Positions 39,570 to 48,872 of a DNA stretch of 64,000 nucleotides are shown here, one piece after another. Position numbers and translations under genes: made by a program. The DNA lies in the NCBI GenBank assembly GCA_037441385.1, contig JBBISH010000007.1, positions 1 to 64,000 of the forward strand. Direction: 5' to 3'. The DNA is from Myxococcales bacterium (GTDB lineage Bacteria; Myxococcota_A; UBA9042). Within the stretch, counting starts at the first letter, position 1. The number at the start of each line of letters is the position of its first letter. The notes beneath the pieces are model-generated. The model worked only from the letters and a program-made list of their open reading frames with translations, did no database searches and was not told the origin of the DNA.

Positions 39570-40649
39570 TTAACAGGAAGGATCCAGAACCATGCGCTTG
39601 GTCAGCTTGTGGCCTGCCATCGCGGCGAGCAGATCGTTGACCTGCGACATCGGCGCATACTCGACCAACGGCGCCAGTTGAATCGCGCCCTTGGCAATCA
39701 AATCGAGAACTGGCGGATACTCTTCTGGTGGGCAACCCCAAGTACCCAAAGCTGTTCCGTCAAAGGCCATCAGGTTCGACAGGCGCAGCTCCACCGCCCC
39801 GGCGGCATAGCCCACTTGCACGTAGGTAGCGCAGCGCGACAGCAAGCTCCACGCCAAGCTCTGCCCCGCAACTGCGCCGCTGCACTCGAAAATCTTCCAA
39901 TTCAGGCTGTCGGCCCGGCCCTTGGCCAGCCCTTGCGCCTCGGCTTTGACTTCTTTGGCCGCACGCCCGGCCACCAGCACACCCGCGTCGGCACCCAGCG
40001 CTTTGGCGGCCTCTAGCCGCACGTCGCTCGTATCCAGGGCGATCACGTAAGCGCCCAAGGCCTTGGCAATTTGCGCGACGAAGCTGCCCACACCGCCCGC
40101 ACCCACCACCAGCGCCACATCGCCGGCCCGCAGATTGGCGCGCTTGGCCGCTTGCCACGCGGTCGACACCGCGTCCGCCACCACCGACAGCGCCCGCAAG
40201 TCGCCGCCCGCCAGCTTCCCCAGCGATTGCTGTAGCTTGGATAGAGACTGCAGGGGCGCGGCGGGCACTTTCAGGTGGGTGGCAAAGCCACCGTGGTCGT
40301 CGTTGCCGGGCATCAGTTGCTTGGGGCAGGCGTTGGCACGGCCCGACTTGCAGAACACGCACTTGCCGCAGGGCAGCACGGCCGGAACGATCACCGGTTG
40401 CCCCAGCAGATGGGCAAAGTTCTCGCCCACTTCGACAACGGTGCCCACGACCTCGTGGCCCAGCACCAACGGCAGCGCGTGCTTGGGCGGCACCGAGCCG
40501 TCGGCGTAGCCCAAGTCGGTGTGGCACAGGCCGCACGCCAGCACCTGCACGATGGCTTCGGCCGGTCCGGGCGTGGCGAGCTCGATGGGGCGCCGCTCCA
40601 ACGGTTGACCAGCGGTGTGCAACCACCACGCGCTCGCTTGCAGTGCCAT
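39570..40649 (-). CDS. had: 6-hydroxycyclohex-1-ene-1-carbonyl-CoA dehydrogenase
   Basis: Zn-ADH CGLCHTD, LGHE, CGKC..C...C; RLSNLMAFD, WGCPPE. Confidence 0.92.
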   Translation of the reverse strand: MALQASAWWLHTAGQPLERRPIELATPGPAEAIVQVLACGLCHTDLGYADGSVPPKHALPLVLGHEVVGTVVEVGENFAHLLGQPVIVPAVLPCGKCVFCKSGRANACPKQLMPGNDDHGGFATHLKVPAAPLQSLSKLQQSLGKLAGGDLRALSVVADAVSTAWQAAKRANLRAGDVALVVGAGGVGSFVAQIAKALGAYVIALDTSDVRLEAAKALGADAGVLVAGRAAKEVKAEAQGLAKGRADSLNWKIFECSGAVAGQSLAWSLLSRCATYVQVGYAAGAVELRLSNLMAFDGTALGTWGCPPEEYPPVLDLIAKGAIQLAPLVEYAPMSQVNDLLAAMAGHKLTKRMVLDPSC

Positions 40650-40713
40650 CGGGACCTCCGTCGCATCGTCGATTTGGGCGTGTGCCCAAAAACTCTGGGA
40701 ATTTTCTGGACCT

Positions 40714-40753
40714 GAACGTTCGCTAGATTCTGGAACGAACGTTCGATTGTCAA
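40714..40753 (-). promoter_or_regulatory. Putative sigma70-type promoter of the had operon with palindromic operator sites
   Basis: Perfect TTGACA on the minus strand at 40753-40748; palindrome cgaacgttcg at 40736-40745; second gaacgttc at 40714-40721; -10 box is weak. Confidence 0.6.
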
Positions 40754-40901
40754 CCGCCCTTCGACAATACCGTGACATTTCTGCGTCGGTTACGGAGCGT
40801 GAGGCGAGCCACGCCGGTCGCCAGCGGGGGCTTGTCGCGACGCGCGGATCTGCCGAGACTACGCCGCCGCGGCGCCCCTGTCCGCCTGGAGTCCCTTCCG
40901 C

Positions 40902-41819
40902 ATGCAAGCCAAAACGCCCAATTTTGTCAGCGACTTGTTTGACTCCAGCGCCTGGACCGCCGTGGCGGGTTTCCAGGGTTTGAGCGACGTGACCTACCAT
41001 CGCGCGGTGGACCAAGGCACCGTCCGCATCGCCTTCAACCGCCCCGATTGCCGCAATGCCTTCCGCCCGCAGACCGTGGACGAGCTGTACGCCTGCCTGG
41101 AGCACGCTCGCCAAAGCCCAGACGTTGGCTGCGTTTTGCTCACCGGCAACGGCCCCAGCCCCAAGGACGGCGGCTGGGCCTTTTCGGCCGGCGGCGACCA
41201 GCGCATCCGCGGCAAAGACGGCTACCAATACGGCCAGGCCGACGATCCGGTCGCTCAGGCCAAGCTCGGCCGCCTGCATATCTTGGAAGTGCAGCGCCTG
41301 ATTCGCTTCATGCCCAAGATCGTCATTGCGGTCGTACCGGGCTGGGCCGTGGGCGGCGGCCACAGCCTCCACGTAGTCTGCGACCTGACGATCGCCTCGC
41401 GCGAGCACGCCCGCTTCAAGCAGACCGATCCAGACGTCGCCAGCTTCGACTCGGGTTACGGCTCGGCCTACCTGGCGCGGATGGTCGGCCAAAAACGCGC
41501 CCGCGAAATCTTCTTCTTGGGCTTTGACTACACCGCCGAGCAAGCCTGCGCCATGGGCATGTGCAACGCCGCGGTACCGCACGCCGAGCTGGAGACCACC
41601 GCTCTGGAATGGGCCAAGATCATCAACAGCAAGTCGCCCACCGCCATGCGCATGCTCAAGTTCGGCATGAACATGGTCGACGACGGGCTCGTCGGCCAGC
41701 AGATCTTCGCGGGCGAAGCCACGCGCCTGGGTTATGCCAGCGACGAAGCGCGCGAGGGCCGCGATGCCTTCTTGCAGAAGCGCGACGCGGAATTCCAGAA
41801 GTTTCCTTGGCATTTCTGA
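40902..41819 (+). CDS. menB: 1,4-dihydroxy-2-naphthoyl-CoA synthase
   Basis: RNAFRP, AFSAGGDQRIRG, GRLHILEVQRLIR, GGGHSLHVVCD, SFDSGYGS. Confidence 0.93.
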   Translation: MQAKTPNFVSDLFDSSAWTAVAGFQGLSDVTYHRAVDQGTVRIAFNRPDCRNAFRPQTVDELYACLEHARQSPDVGCVLLTGNGPSPKDGGWAFSAGGDQRIRGKDGYQYGQADDPVAQAKLGRLHILEVQRLIRFMPKIVIAVVPGWAVGGGHSLHVVCDLTIASREHARFKQTDPDVASFDSGYGSAYLARMVGQKRAREIFFLGFDYTAEQACAMGMCNAAVPHAELETTALEWAKIINSKSPTAMRMLKFGMNMVDDGLVGQQIFAGEATRLGYASDEAREGRDAFLQKRDAEFQKFPWHF

Positions 41820-41907
41820 GCGGAGCGCAGCGGATTCGCGACGGCCAAAGCGAACGCCAAGCCGCCTCTGTGTCAGCCATGCCCTCCAAGCAACCGCGGA
41901 CTGCCCG

Positions 41908-44175
41908 ATGAGTCGACGGCGAATCGACATCGATCTCTCGCCCACCGTGTGGAGCGTACCCGGCCATGCGGGCGTGGTCACCGACGTGGCTCGTTCGCCG
42001 GGGGGGCGCGTCCTGGCGAGCTGTGGCACAGACGGCGACGTGGCCCTTTGGCGACCTGGAACTGGGGCAGTCTTGGCCCGTCGCGCGCTGGATCCCCAAG
42101 GGTTACGGTCCCTTTGTTGGCTCGGCACCCATCGGATGCTCGCTGTCGGCGGGGAAGCCTACGCGTGGCTGCTCTCGGATCGGGTGCGGCGAGTTCGCCG
42201 CGTCGACCTGCCCGAGCCTGCCCTTGACGCGCGTTCGGCGGGAGCAGCGGCCATCGTTCGCCTCGCCGGCGGCGGCCTTTGCCGGGTATCTGCCGAAGGC
42301 GTGGTGCGCCGCATCGAGATCGAGGGGACCACGGACGGGCTGTGCAGCCACGACGGCGGGGTCGTGCGCGCCCACGGAACGCGCTGGCAATGGCTCGACG
42401 ACACGGGTGGAGTACTTGCCTGCGGCGATTTGGCTGCGACGGTGGATGGCCAGTGGCGGGGCCTGGACCTTGCAGCCGGCGACCGCGGTCGCTTCCTGGC
42501 GCTGGTCCACGGCGAAGACTCGATGAATTTCAGCACACTTGCCGCGGTTCTGATCGATCCCCGAAATGGCTTGGCGCAGCTGTGTCCAGATTGGACGGTC
42601 GGTTATCTCGCGCCCGCACCGCACGTGGCGGCAGACGGCAAGCCGGTCTATTTCGCAAACCAAGTCATCGACGCAGTGGCCCGGATGAAATTCCTCGATG
42701 CCGGTGTCACCGCAGTTTGCGCAGGACCTGGCGGCACCATGGTCACGGGAAGCGACGATGGCGGGCTGCGCTGTTGGCGCGTCGCTGGCCCCGCACAGCG
42801 CGTTGCGGGCAGTTTTCTAGACGGCGCTGCCCGGCGTCGCGGCGAAATCGCGACCAGAACCAGCACGCAGGTGCAGTGGTGGTCCGCCCTGAGCGGCCAA
42901 TGGTTGCGCAGTGAGCGAGTGGGCGACCAAGTCCAGGTTGCGGCGGACGGCAGCGGCCTAATTGCGCTCAAGTCCTTGCCGTTCGGCGAAGCACAAATCG
43001 AGGTTTGCTCCGCAGGCTGGAGTACGCCCACAAGCCGGGACCGCAACGCAATTTGCCTGGCAGAAGGGGGTCGCTTTGCCGGGCTGTCGGTACCGGTCTA
43101 CCGAGTCGAGAGCCAAGATGGCACAACCTTTCCTACCCCACATCGCAAGTGGGGCGGCGCTGTCGCCTGGAGCGACCGGGTCGTCAGCTGGGACCGCGCT
43201 GGCGAGGTGCTCGCATGGCGCCAGGACGGCGTGCTGCTTTGGCAACGCACCTTGGCGGGTGGAGTCTGCGCGGCCGCGTGGACCGATCAAGGTGAGCTGG
43301 CCCTGCTCCTCCAGGCCGACGCAGGGACGACCTGGGTAGAGTGGCTCGAGCCGGTGCGCGGCCAGAGCGTGGTGGTGGGTGGGCGCAGCGACGGCGCCGC
43401 CCATGACCAGTTGTTGGCAACTGAGGAAGGCGATGTCATAGCGCCAGGTTGGGGTGCGGTCCGCTATCCACGCGTGGCTGGTGCCGTGGGCTACCCGGTG
43501 CAAGTTCAGCGGAAAGCCGAGTCGGCACCCGCATGGCGGCTGGTCGAGGGCTTTCAGTTCCTCTGTTTTGACCTGAGCCTCAGGACGCAAGTCTGCTCCA
43601 TCGATGTCGATTTGTCGGACGCGGTGCTAGCCAGCGACGGCAGCGCAGTTTTCGCCCGCGGCACGATCTACAGCCTTGCCGACCAAACTGCCGTGGTCCT
43701 GCCCGAGCCGTGGTGGCGTGGCCGCAAGGCCGCTTTCTTGCCCGCAGGACATCTGCTGCTCTACGGCCGCGAGGATGGGCGCCTGATTTGGGCAAAGACG
43801 GGTGCGTGCCTGGCATCGTTGGGCGGGGCAGTCCATGACTTCGCCGTGAGTGCGCGCGGTGACCGCCTAGCGCTGGCGCAAGCGACCGCCGTGGTGGTCC
43901 TGGACCTGGCAACAGGCCATCAGCTGGTGCAGATTGCGACACCGGCCGCAACGGGCCTGGGCTTCGACGCCATGGAGATGCTCGTGATCGCCTGTGGCTA
44001 CGGGGTCACGTCGTGGTCAAGCGACGGCACTCGCGCCATGTACTGGCCTCTGACCGAGCGCGTCACCGGCCTGTGTGTAGACGGCCATTTGGTAGCTGCG
44101 GTGGACGCACTAGGTCGTCTTCGGATTGTGCGCAGCGGCGAGGTCAGCGGCACCCGGGACGCCAAGCGCGACTAG
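41908..44175 (+). CDS. WD40/beta-propeller-like protein
   Basis: GHAGVVTDVARSPGGRVLASCGTDGDVALW and VTGSDDGGLRCW repeats; the rest is degenerate. Confidence 0.6.
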   Translation: MSRRRIDIDLSPTVWSVPGHAGVVTDVARSPGGRVLASCGTDGDVALWRPGTGAVLARRALDPQGLRSLCWLGTHRMLAVGGEAYAWLLSDRVRRVRRVDLPEPALDARSAGAAAIVRLAGGGLCRVSAEGVVRRIEIEGTTDGLCSHDGGVVRAHGTRWQWLDDTGGVLACGDLAATVDGQWRGLDLAAGDRGRFLALVHGEDSMNFSTLAAVLIDPRNGLAQLCPDWTVGYLAPAPHVAADGKPVYFANQVIDAVARMKFLDAGVTAVCAGPGGTMVTGSDDGGLRCWRVAGPAQRVAGSFLDGAARRRGEIATRTSTQVQWWSALSGQWLRSERVGDQVQVAADGSGLIALKSLPFGEAQIEVCSAGWSTPTSRDRNAICLAEGGRFAGLSVPVYRVESQDGTTFPTPHRKWGGAVAWSDRVVSWDRAGEVLAWRQDGVLLWQRTLAGGVCAAAWTDQGELALLLQADAGTTWVEWLEPVRGQSVVVGGRSDGAAHDQLLATEEGDVIAPGWGAVRYPRVAGAVGYPVQVQRKAESAPAWRLVEGFQFLCFDLSLRTQVCSIDVDLSDAVLASDGSAVFARGTIYSLADQTAVVLPEPWWRGRKAAFLPAGHLLLYGREDGRLIWAKTGACLASLGGAVHDFAVSARGDRLALAQATAVVVLDLATGHQLVQIATPAATGLGFDAMEMLVIACGYGVTSWSSDGTRAMYWPLTERVTGLCVDGHLVAAVDALGRLRIVRSGEVSGTRDAKRD

Positions 44176-44988
44176 TCCGTCGACGGTCATCTGTCCATTG
44201 GCCGCAAGGGTCGCGGCCCAAGCCCACAACAGCTCGCGCTCGGCCGCTGGTCGCCCGATCAACTCGGCCGCTGCGATCGGCAGGACGTCGGGCGCCCCGC
44301 TGCAGACCAGGCGTTCGCGCAGCGCAGCGAATTCAGGGGCGTCAACTTGAACGGGCGTAGACCAGTCCGGGCCGTGGCCTTGGGCAATCTCGCGCAAAGC
44401 GACAGCGATCTCAGTCAGCGCAGCACGACGCAAAGGCACACAGTCACACAGGATTCGCTCGGACAACGCCGCCAGACGGCCCGTAGCCACCAGCAGTGGA
44501 TAGAGCCCGTGCATCTTGACCAGCGCATCCCATGCCGCTGCGCGTACGTAATAGCTGCCGTCATCCAGGGCCGTTCGCAGCACGTCCTCGGCAGACGGGC
44601 CAAGGCTCGCGGCCGACGCCACAGCGCGCAACTTGGCTGCAGACGTCACCCGGTCGCCCCCAGCAAGCACCGCTTGATAGACGGCTTTGGCATCGACTTC
44701 CGGATCGCCAAGGGTGAGCAACGCCCGCGCCGCCTCGACCCGTACGCTGGCGTCGCCGGTCGCGGCAGCCATCCGCAGCTCCGCACGGGCCTCTGTGGCG
44801 TGCAGGGCGGCCAACGCCCGCGCGGCCCTTGCATCCCCCGCGCGGGTCAGCAGCGGCAAGGTGGCGGCGATCGCCTGGGTTCGCTCGCCACCAACAAGGT
44901 AGTCGACCGAAAATAGGTCAAAATCATCGGCGAATACGCGGTCAGATGACGCAAGACTGTCCAAGAAGTTGCGGAGGTATTCGGTCAT
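44110..44988 (-). CDS. HEAT-repeat protein
   Basis: DASVRVEAARALLTLG and LDDGSYYVRAAAWDAL repeats. Confidence 0.65.
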   Translation of the reverse strand: MTEYLRNFLDSLASSDRVFADDFDLFSVDYLVGGERTQAIAATLPLLTRAGDARAARALAALHATEARAELRMAAATGDASVRVEAARALLTLGDPEVDAKAVYQAVLAGGDRVTSAAKLRAVASAASLGPSAEDVLRTALDDGSYYVRAAAWDALVKMHGLYPLLVATGRLAALSERILCDCVPLRRAALTEIAVALREIAQGHGPDWSTPVQVDAPEFAALRERLVCSGAPDVLPIAAAELIGRPAAERELLWAWAATLAANGQMTVDGLVALGVPGAADLAAAHNPKTT

Positions 44989-45044
44989 ACCGGGTCCTTT
45001 GGGGGGCGATTGCGTTGCCGGCTCGGCCCCGCTAGTCTAGGGCC

Positions 45045-45650
45045 ATGACCCGTCTAGGTACCTGGATTGCCACAGCCATCGCCCTAGTCAGTCTCGGTCT
45101 GCTTGCCGGATTGGTCAAGCTGGCCCTTGGCGGCAACGACGACGTGCGCGCAGGCCTTGCGGCCAATGGCTGGCGCGTCGCAAGTCTTGGCCAGGGACCA
45201 GGCTGGCAGGCAACGCGCGACCTTCCGGCGCCCGCTACGGTGCTGCGGGTCGAGACAGCGGGCACTCGTCAACAACGGACCTGGGCGACCCTTTCCGTCC
45301 GCGTGCCAGTTGGGGCCGGCGACATACTCCTGACCGAGCACTTGCCTGGCCTGCTGCGAGCCGATGGCGCCCTGCTGCACGCGGCCGGCGAACGTGCTCC
45401 GCCTGCCTGGCAGGGCGCGCCGGCCGAGTTGGCGGCGGTTTGCGATGTGTACGCCACCGATGACGCCACTGCGCGTCGCTGGCTGAGCCCGCCGGCACAG
45501 GCCGCTATCGTTCGCTTCGCCAAGGCCTGGCCCATGGTCGCACTGCGAATCCAAGGCGGCACGTTGGCGGCACACTGGCGCGAGGCGCCCCAGTCGACGG
45601 CACAAGTACTTGCCCTTGCCGACTTGCTCAGCGCAATGGCCGCGCAGTAG
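45045..45650 (+). CDS. Hypothetical membrane-anchored protein
   Basis: ORF with N-terminal TM; fills the space between flanking genes. Confidence 0.55.
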   Translation: MTRLGTWIATAIALVSLGLLAGLVKLALGGNDDVRAGLAANGWRVASLGQGPGWQATRDLPAPATVLRVETAGTRQQRTWATLSVRVPVGAGDILLTEHLPGLLRADGALLHAAGERAPPAWQGAPAELAAVCDVYATDDATARRWLSPPAQAAIVRFAKAWPMVALRIQGGTLAAHWREAPQSTAQVLALADLLSAMAAQ

Positions 45651-45709
45651 CGCCGGCCGAGAGGGAGCCCGCCTCTGGAATTGCTAATGGGCCCTCCCCC
45701 GGTTGCCCG

Positions 45710-46033
45710 CTACGGCCTAGCTGCCGCTCCGGCACCGCTCATGATCCACTTGGCTACGACCAGGCTTGCCACCAACGTCGCGCACAGCAACGCGAAACCC
45801 CATCCAGGGTGACTGGACCGCCACAGTAGCCAGACTCCCGCGCCCGGCAGGCCCAACCACGCCAAACCGGCCAAAGCGACGGCGAACCCGGCCCAACGGT
45901 CCACGTCCGATACGCTGCGCACGAGCATCCACGCCAGAACCCAGCACGCGCCGGTAACGGCAAGGGCGGCCAGCCCGGCAGCGGATACCAGAATCCATCG
46001 GCCCGCAACGAACGCGATCTCCGCGGCCTCCAT
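45710..46033 (-). CDS. Small hypothetical membrane protein (about 3 TM)
   Basis: GGAGG RBS before the ATG; hydrophobic helices. Confidence 0.5.
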   Translation of the reverse strand: MEAAEIAFVAGRWILVSAAGLAALAVTGACWVLAWMLVRSVSDVDRWAGFAVALAGLAWLGLPGAGVWLLWRSSHPGWGFALLCATLVASLVVAKWIMSGAGAAARP

Positions 46034-46072
46034 CCAACCTCCAGCCATCGCCAGACTGCCTGGGGCCCAGAC

Positions 46073-46762
46073 CTACTTGCCCCCGGCTGGTCCTGGCTGC
46101 CAAACGAACGTCGGCGCGAGCGCTACCCGCACCTCACGGAACCACATTGGGCCGCGCACCTTTTTGCCCGTCCTGCTGATATCCAAAATCAAGACGCCGT
46201 CGCGGTAGGCAACGACCCGATGAACTTCGGACTGGCCCAGCCCACGGACATGCCACCACGTGTTACGACCCGTTCCTTGCACATGGATGGTCATGGGCGG
46301 CGGCCAGTCGAAGTTGCGGTGGGTCAGTTGGGCAAGCGCCGGCGCAGTGCACAAATCCCCAACGGCAAAGACAAGCTCTCCGCCATTGGGCAAGTACCGC
46401 CGCAATTCAAGCTGACACGGTTTTGCGCTTGCGTAGTCCAAGGTTGGCGTTCCCTCTGGGTGCTTGACCGCCCCCACAATCAGCCAATCGTAGCGGGCCA
46501 GGTCGGCGGCCAGGCTGCCTTGCACATCGCCGGGTTGCATGGCCTCTAGCTTGGGAACCGGCATCCAGGCCCGCTGACGCGCGGCAGTTGCCTCGGCCAC
46601 CAGACGCGACACGTCGGCCGGTGGTTGCACCGCGACTTGGGCAGCGGCGTCCCCCGCGCCCCAGATGAGGCCGGCCAGGGCCATCAGAGCCGGGCAGAGC
46701 CCCTTGGCGTACACCGTTGGGCGCCAAGGGACGGCCACCCAGCAGGTATTTTGGTCCCCCAT
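46073..46762 (-). CDS. Hypothetical secreted protein
   Basis: GAGG RBS; signal-peptide-like segment ending AAA-Q. Confidence 0.5.
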   Translation of the reverse strand: MGDQNTCWVAVPWRPTVYAKGLCPALMALAGLIWGAGDAAAQVAVQPPADVSRLVAEATAARQRAWMPVPKLEAMQPGDVQGSLAADLARYDWLIVGAVKHPEGTPTLDYASAKPCQLELRRYLPNGGELVFAVGDLCTAPALAQLTHRNFDWPPPMTIHVQGTGRNTWWHVRGLGQSEVHRVVAYRDGVLILDISRTGKKVRGPMWFREVRVALAPTFVWQPGPAGGK

Positions 46763-46908
46763 GTGCACCTCGGCCACAAAACCCTGTGCGGTCAGAGTCA
46801 CCAGACTCTCCCACATCGCCCGGCCGACATCAACGGCAGGTTGCGGTCTGCAGCAGAGCCCGACCTCGATCGCGGAGCCCAGGATCCACCACCGAAATTC
46901 GCCCTGGC

Positions 46909-47079
46909 CGCCGATTTGGGATGCAAATCAAGGCGCAAGGAGCGGAGCGACTGAGGCGACCTAGCGGTCGCCGCAGGGAGAAGGGCCCCAGCGGTCGCCC
47001 GAAGGGTGAACGGGTCGCCCCAGTGGGGCAACCCGTAGCTGGGACGACGCAGCAACGCCGAGTTGCGCCCAAAGCGGCG
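46909..47079. repeat. Highly structured intergenic element (MITE-like or ncRNA)
   Basis: Imperfect terminal IR cgccgatttgggatgcaaatc / gagttgcgcccaaagcggcg enclosing several hairpins. Confidence 0.55.
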
Positions 47080-47193
47080 GATCGGGGGAGCACCCATGGC
47101 TTTACCTCCAACGGCTCCTGGTGCTAGCCTGTGTTGCGTTCGCGCAGCACTGAACTCTTGACCCTGGCGTCACCAGCCTACCGGAGACTTCCC

Positions 47194-48654
47194 ATGCGAA
47201 AATTCCTTTCTGGCCTGCTTGTGGCCTGCACGACCCTGGTCCTTGCCACGGCGGCGCACGCCGACCCGCCGACCAGCGGCCCCTACGTGGTTGGCGCGAC
47301 GGTCGAAGCGCAATACTTCGGCAAGTTTCAGCGAGGTGTCATCGTCAGCATTCGCGTCTTGCCGGCGTCTGGGCAGAAGAAATACAAGGTGAAGTGGGAG
47401 CAAGGCGGCGGCGAATATGAAGTGACGGAGGCCCAGATGCGCTGGCCGGCCATCGTCAACTTCTCAGGGAAGGATTTCAAGGTCGGCGAATTCGTGCACG
47501 TCTGGTACAGCAACGCGTGGCTTGAAACCCAAATTCTCGACGTCAAGGACGGCAAGATCAAGGTCATGTACGGCGGCTACGGCGAGAGGTGGTTCGCCTT
47601 CGACGACCGGACCATTCGCAACAAACCGCGCGAAGAGGCCGAAGCCAAGGCCGCGGAACGCGAAAAGGCCTTCATCGCCGAGGTAGTCAACCCGTACTAC
47701 CACTACGCCGTGGCCATCATGTGGGCTACCGGCGACAAGCGCCTGGCCACGAACACGGTGGCCCGCGTGCCGTGGACCGGGGCCCGCGGCCCCAAATTGG
47801 TCAAGGAAGTTCCTCAAATGGCTCAAGGACTGCAGAACTTGGCCAAGCTGATGCAGGACAAGTACGGCGACTACGCGGACATCGACGTCGCGAATCACCC
47901 GCAGTTGAAGCTCCTGAACGAAGAAAACAAGGACCTCAAGTACGGCGCCAGCTTTTACCGCGAAGCCGTCAAGCGCACCAAGGACGGGCTGCCCAAGTTC
48001 TTGGCCACGCGCGTCCGGAGCACCCTGGATGACCAACTGAAGAAGCTCGGCGCCCTGGGCGAAGTCAGCGAGCACGCCGCTGGCGGCAAGGGCGTGTGGG
48101 TGGCTGAGTCCAAGGCGGATCCAGCCGTGCCCGGTTATGACGCTTTTGAACCGGGCACCAAGGACGTGGCGATGGAAGACGGCAAAGCGTGGAAGGCGGC
48201 GCTCCAGAACTACCTGGAACCCATCTACAAGGCCGCGGGGCTGGGCGACGCGGAGTTGGCGCCGCTGTATGCCGAGGCCGACAAGGCGATGGCCGACGCC
48301 AAAGCCGCCTTCCAGAAGAACTTGCCGGTCATGGTCGTCAATTTCCCGAGCAAAGACCCGGTCGTCGAAGCCTTCGCCAAGTCGTTCATCGTCAAGAACG
48401 TGCCGGGGGCCAACGTGATGAAGGCTGGCACCACCTCGGCCGATTGGAAAGTTTGGACCAATGCGGCCGGCATCCCGGAGTCGCGCACTCGCTGGGGCGG
48501 GGCCCTATACAAAGATCCCGTCACGGGTCTTTGCGCCTACGGCGCGGTGCAGGCAGGCCAGGACTATGCCGGAGGAGGAAAGTACAGCAAAGACACCTAC
48601 TTCTCTGGAATGGGCGGAGCGATGTTTGCCTACTACGTGGGCAAGTGCAAGTGA
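47194..48654 (+). CDS. Secreted protein with two N-terminal Tudor/SH3-like repeats
   Basis: Signal peptide (AHA-D), GGAG RBS; YVVGATVEAQY...YKVKW and FKVGEFVHVWY...IKVMY. Confidence 0.7.
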   Translation: MRKFLSGLLVACTTLVLATAAHADPPTSGPYVVGATVEAQYFGKFQRGVIVSIRVLPASGQKKYKVKWEQGGGEYEVTEAQMRWPAIVNFSGKDFKVGEFVHVWYSNAWLETQILDVKDGKIKVMYGGYGERWFAFDDRTIRNKPREEAEAKAAEREKAFIAEVVNPYYHYAVAIMWATGDKRLATNTVARVPWTGARGPKLVKEVPQMAQGLQNLAKLMQDKYGDYADIDVANHPQLKLLNEENKDLKYGASFYREAVKRTKDGLPKFLATRVRSTLDDQLKKLGALGEVSEHAAGGKGVWVAESKADPAVPGYDAFEPGTKDVAMEDGKAWKAALQNYLEPIYKAAGLGDAELAPLYAEADKAMADAKAAFQKNLPVMVVNFPSKDPVVEAFAKSFIVKNVPGANVMKAGTTSADWKVWTNAAGIPESRTRWGGALYKDPVTGLCAYGAVQAGQDYAGGGKYSKDTYFSGMGGAMFAYYVGKCK

Positions 48655-48872
48655 TCGCGTCCGTTTGCCGTTGCAGGTTGGCCCGCAGGCCAAGTCCCTG
48701 CAATCGCCGATCGCAGCCCTGATACGCACCCCAGCTGATTCGCGCCTGTACGGCGTCCCGGCCCCCTGCGCAACCGGCGAGAATCAGGCGGGGACCCCGG
48801 TTCGGACCCAAAAGATTGCCCGAGTTTTCGATCCGATTCAGACGGAACTGGTACGAAGGATGGCCCACCCCG

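Noticed and set aside
40902..41819. BadI ring-cleavage hydrolase
   Set aside because: Motifs fit canonical MenB, and oah already supplies ring cleavage
39570..42128. 852-aa fusion ORF containing had
   Set aside because: The N-terminal extension is antisense to menB; the real had start is at 40649 with a GGAGG RBS
44990..47130. Integron cassette array
   Set aside because: Mixed gene orientations, no attC RYYYAAC/GTTRRRY pairs recognised and no integrase
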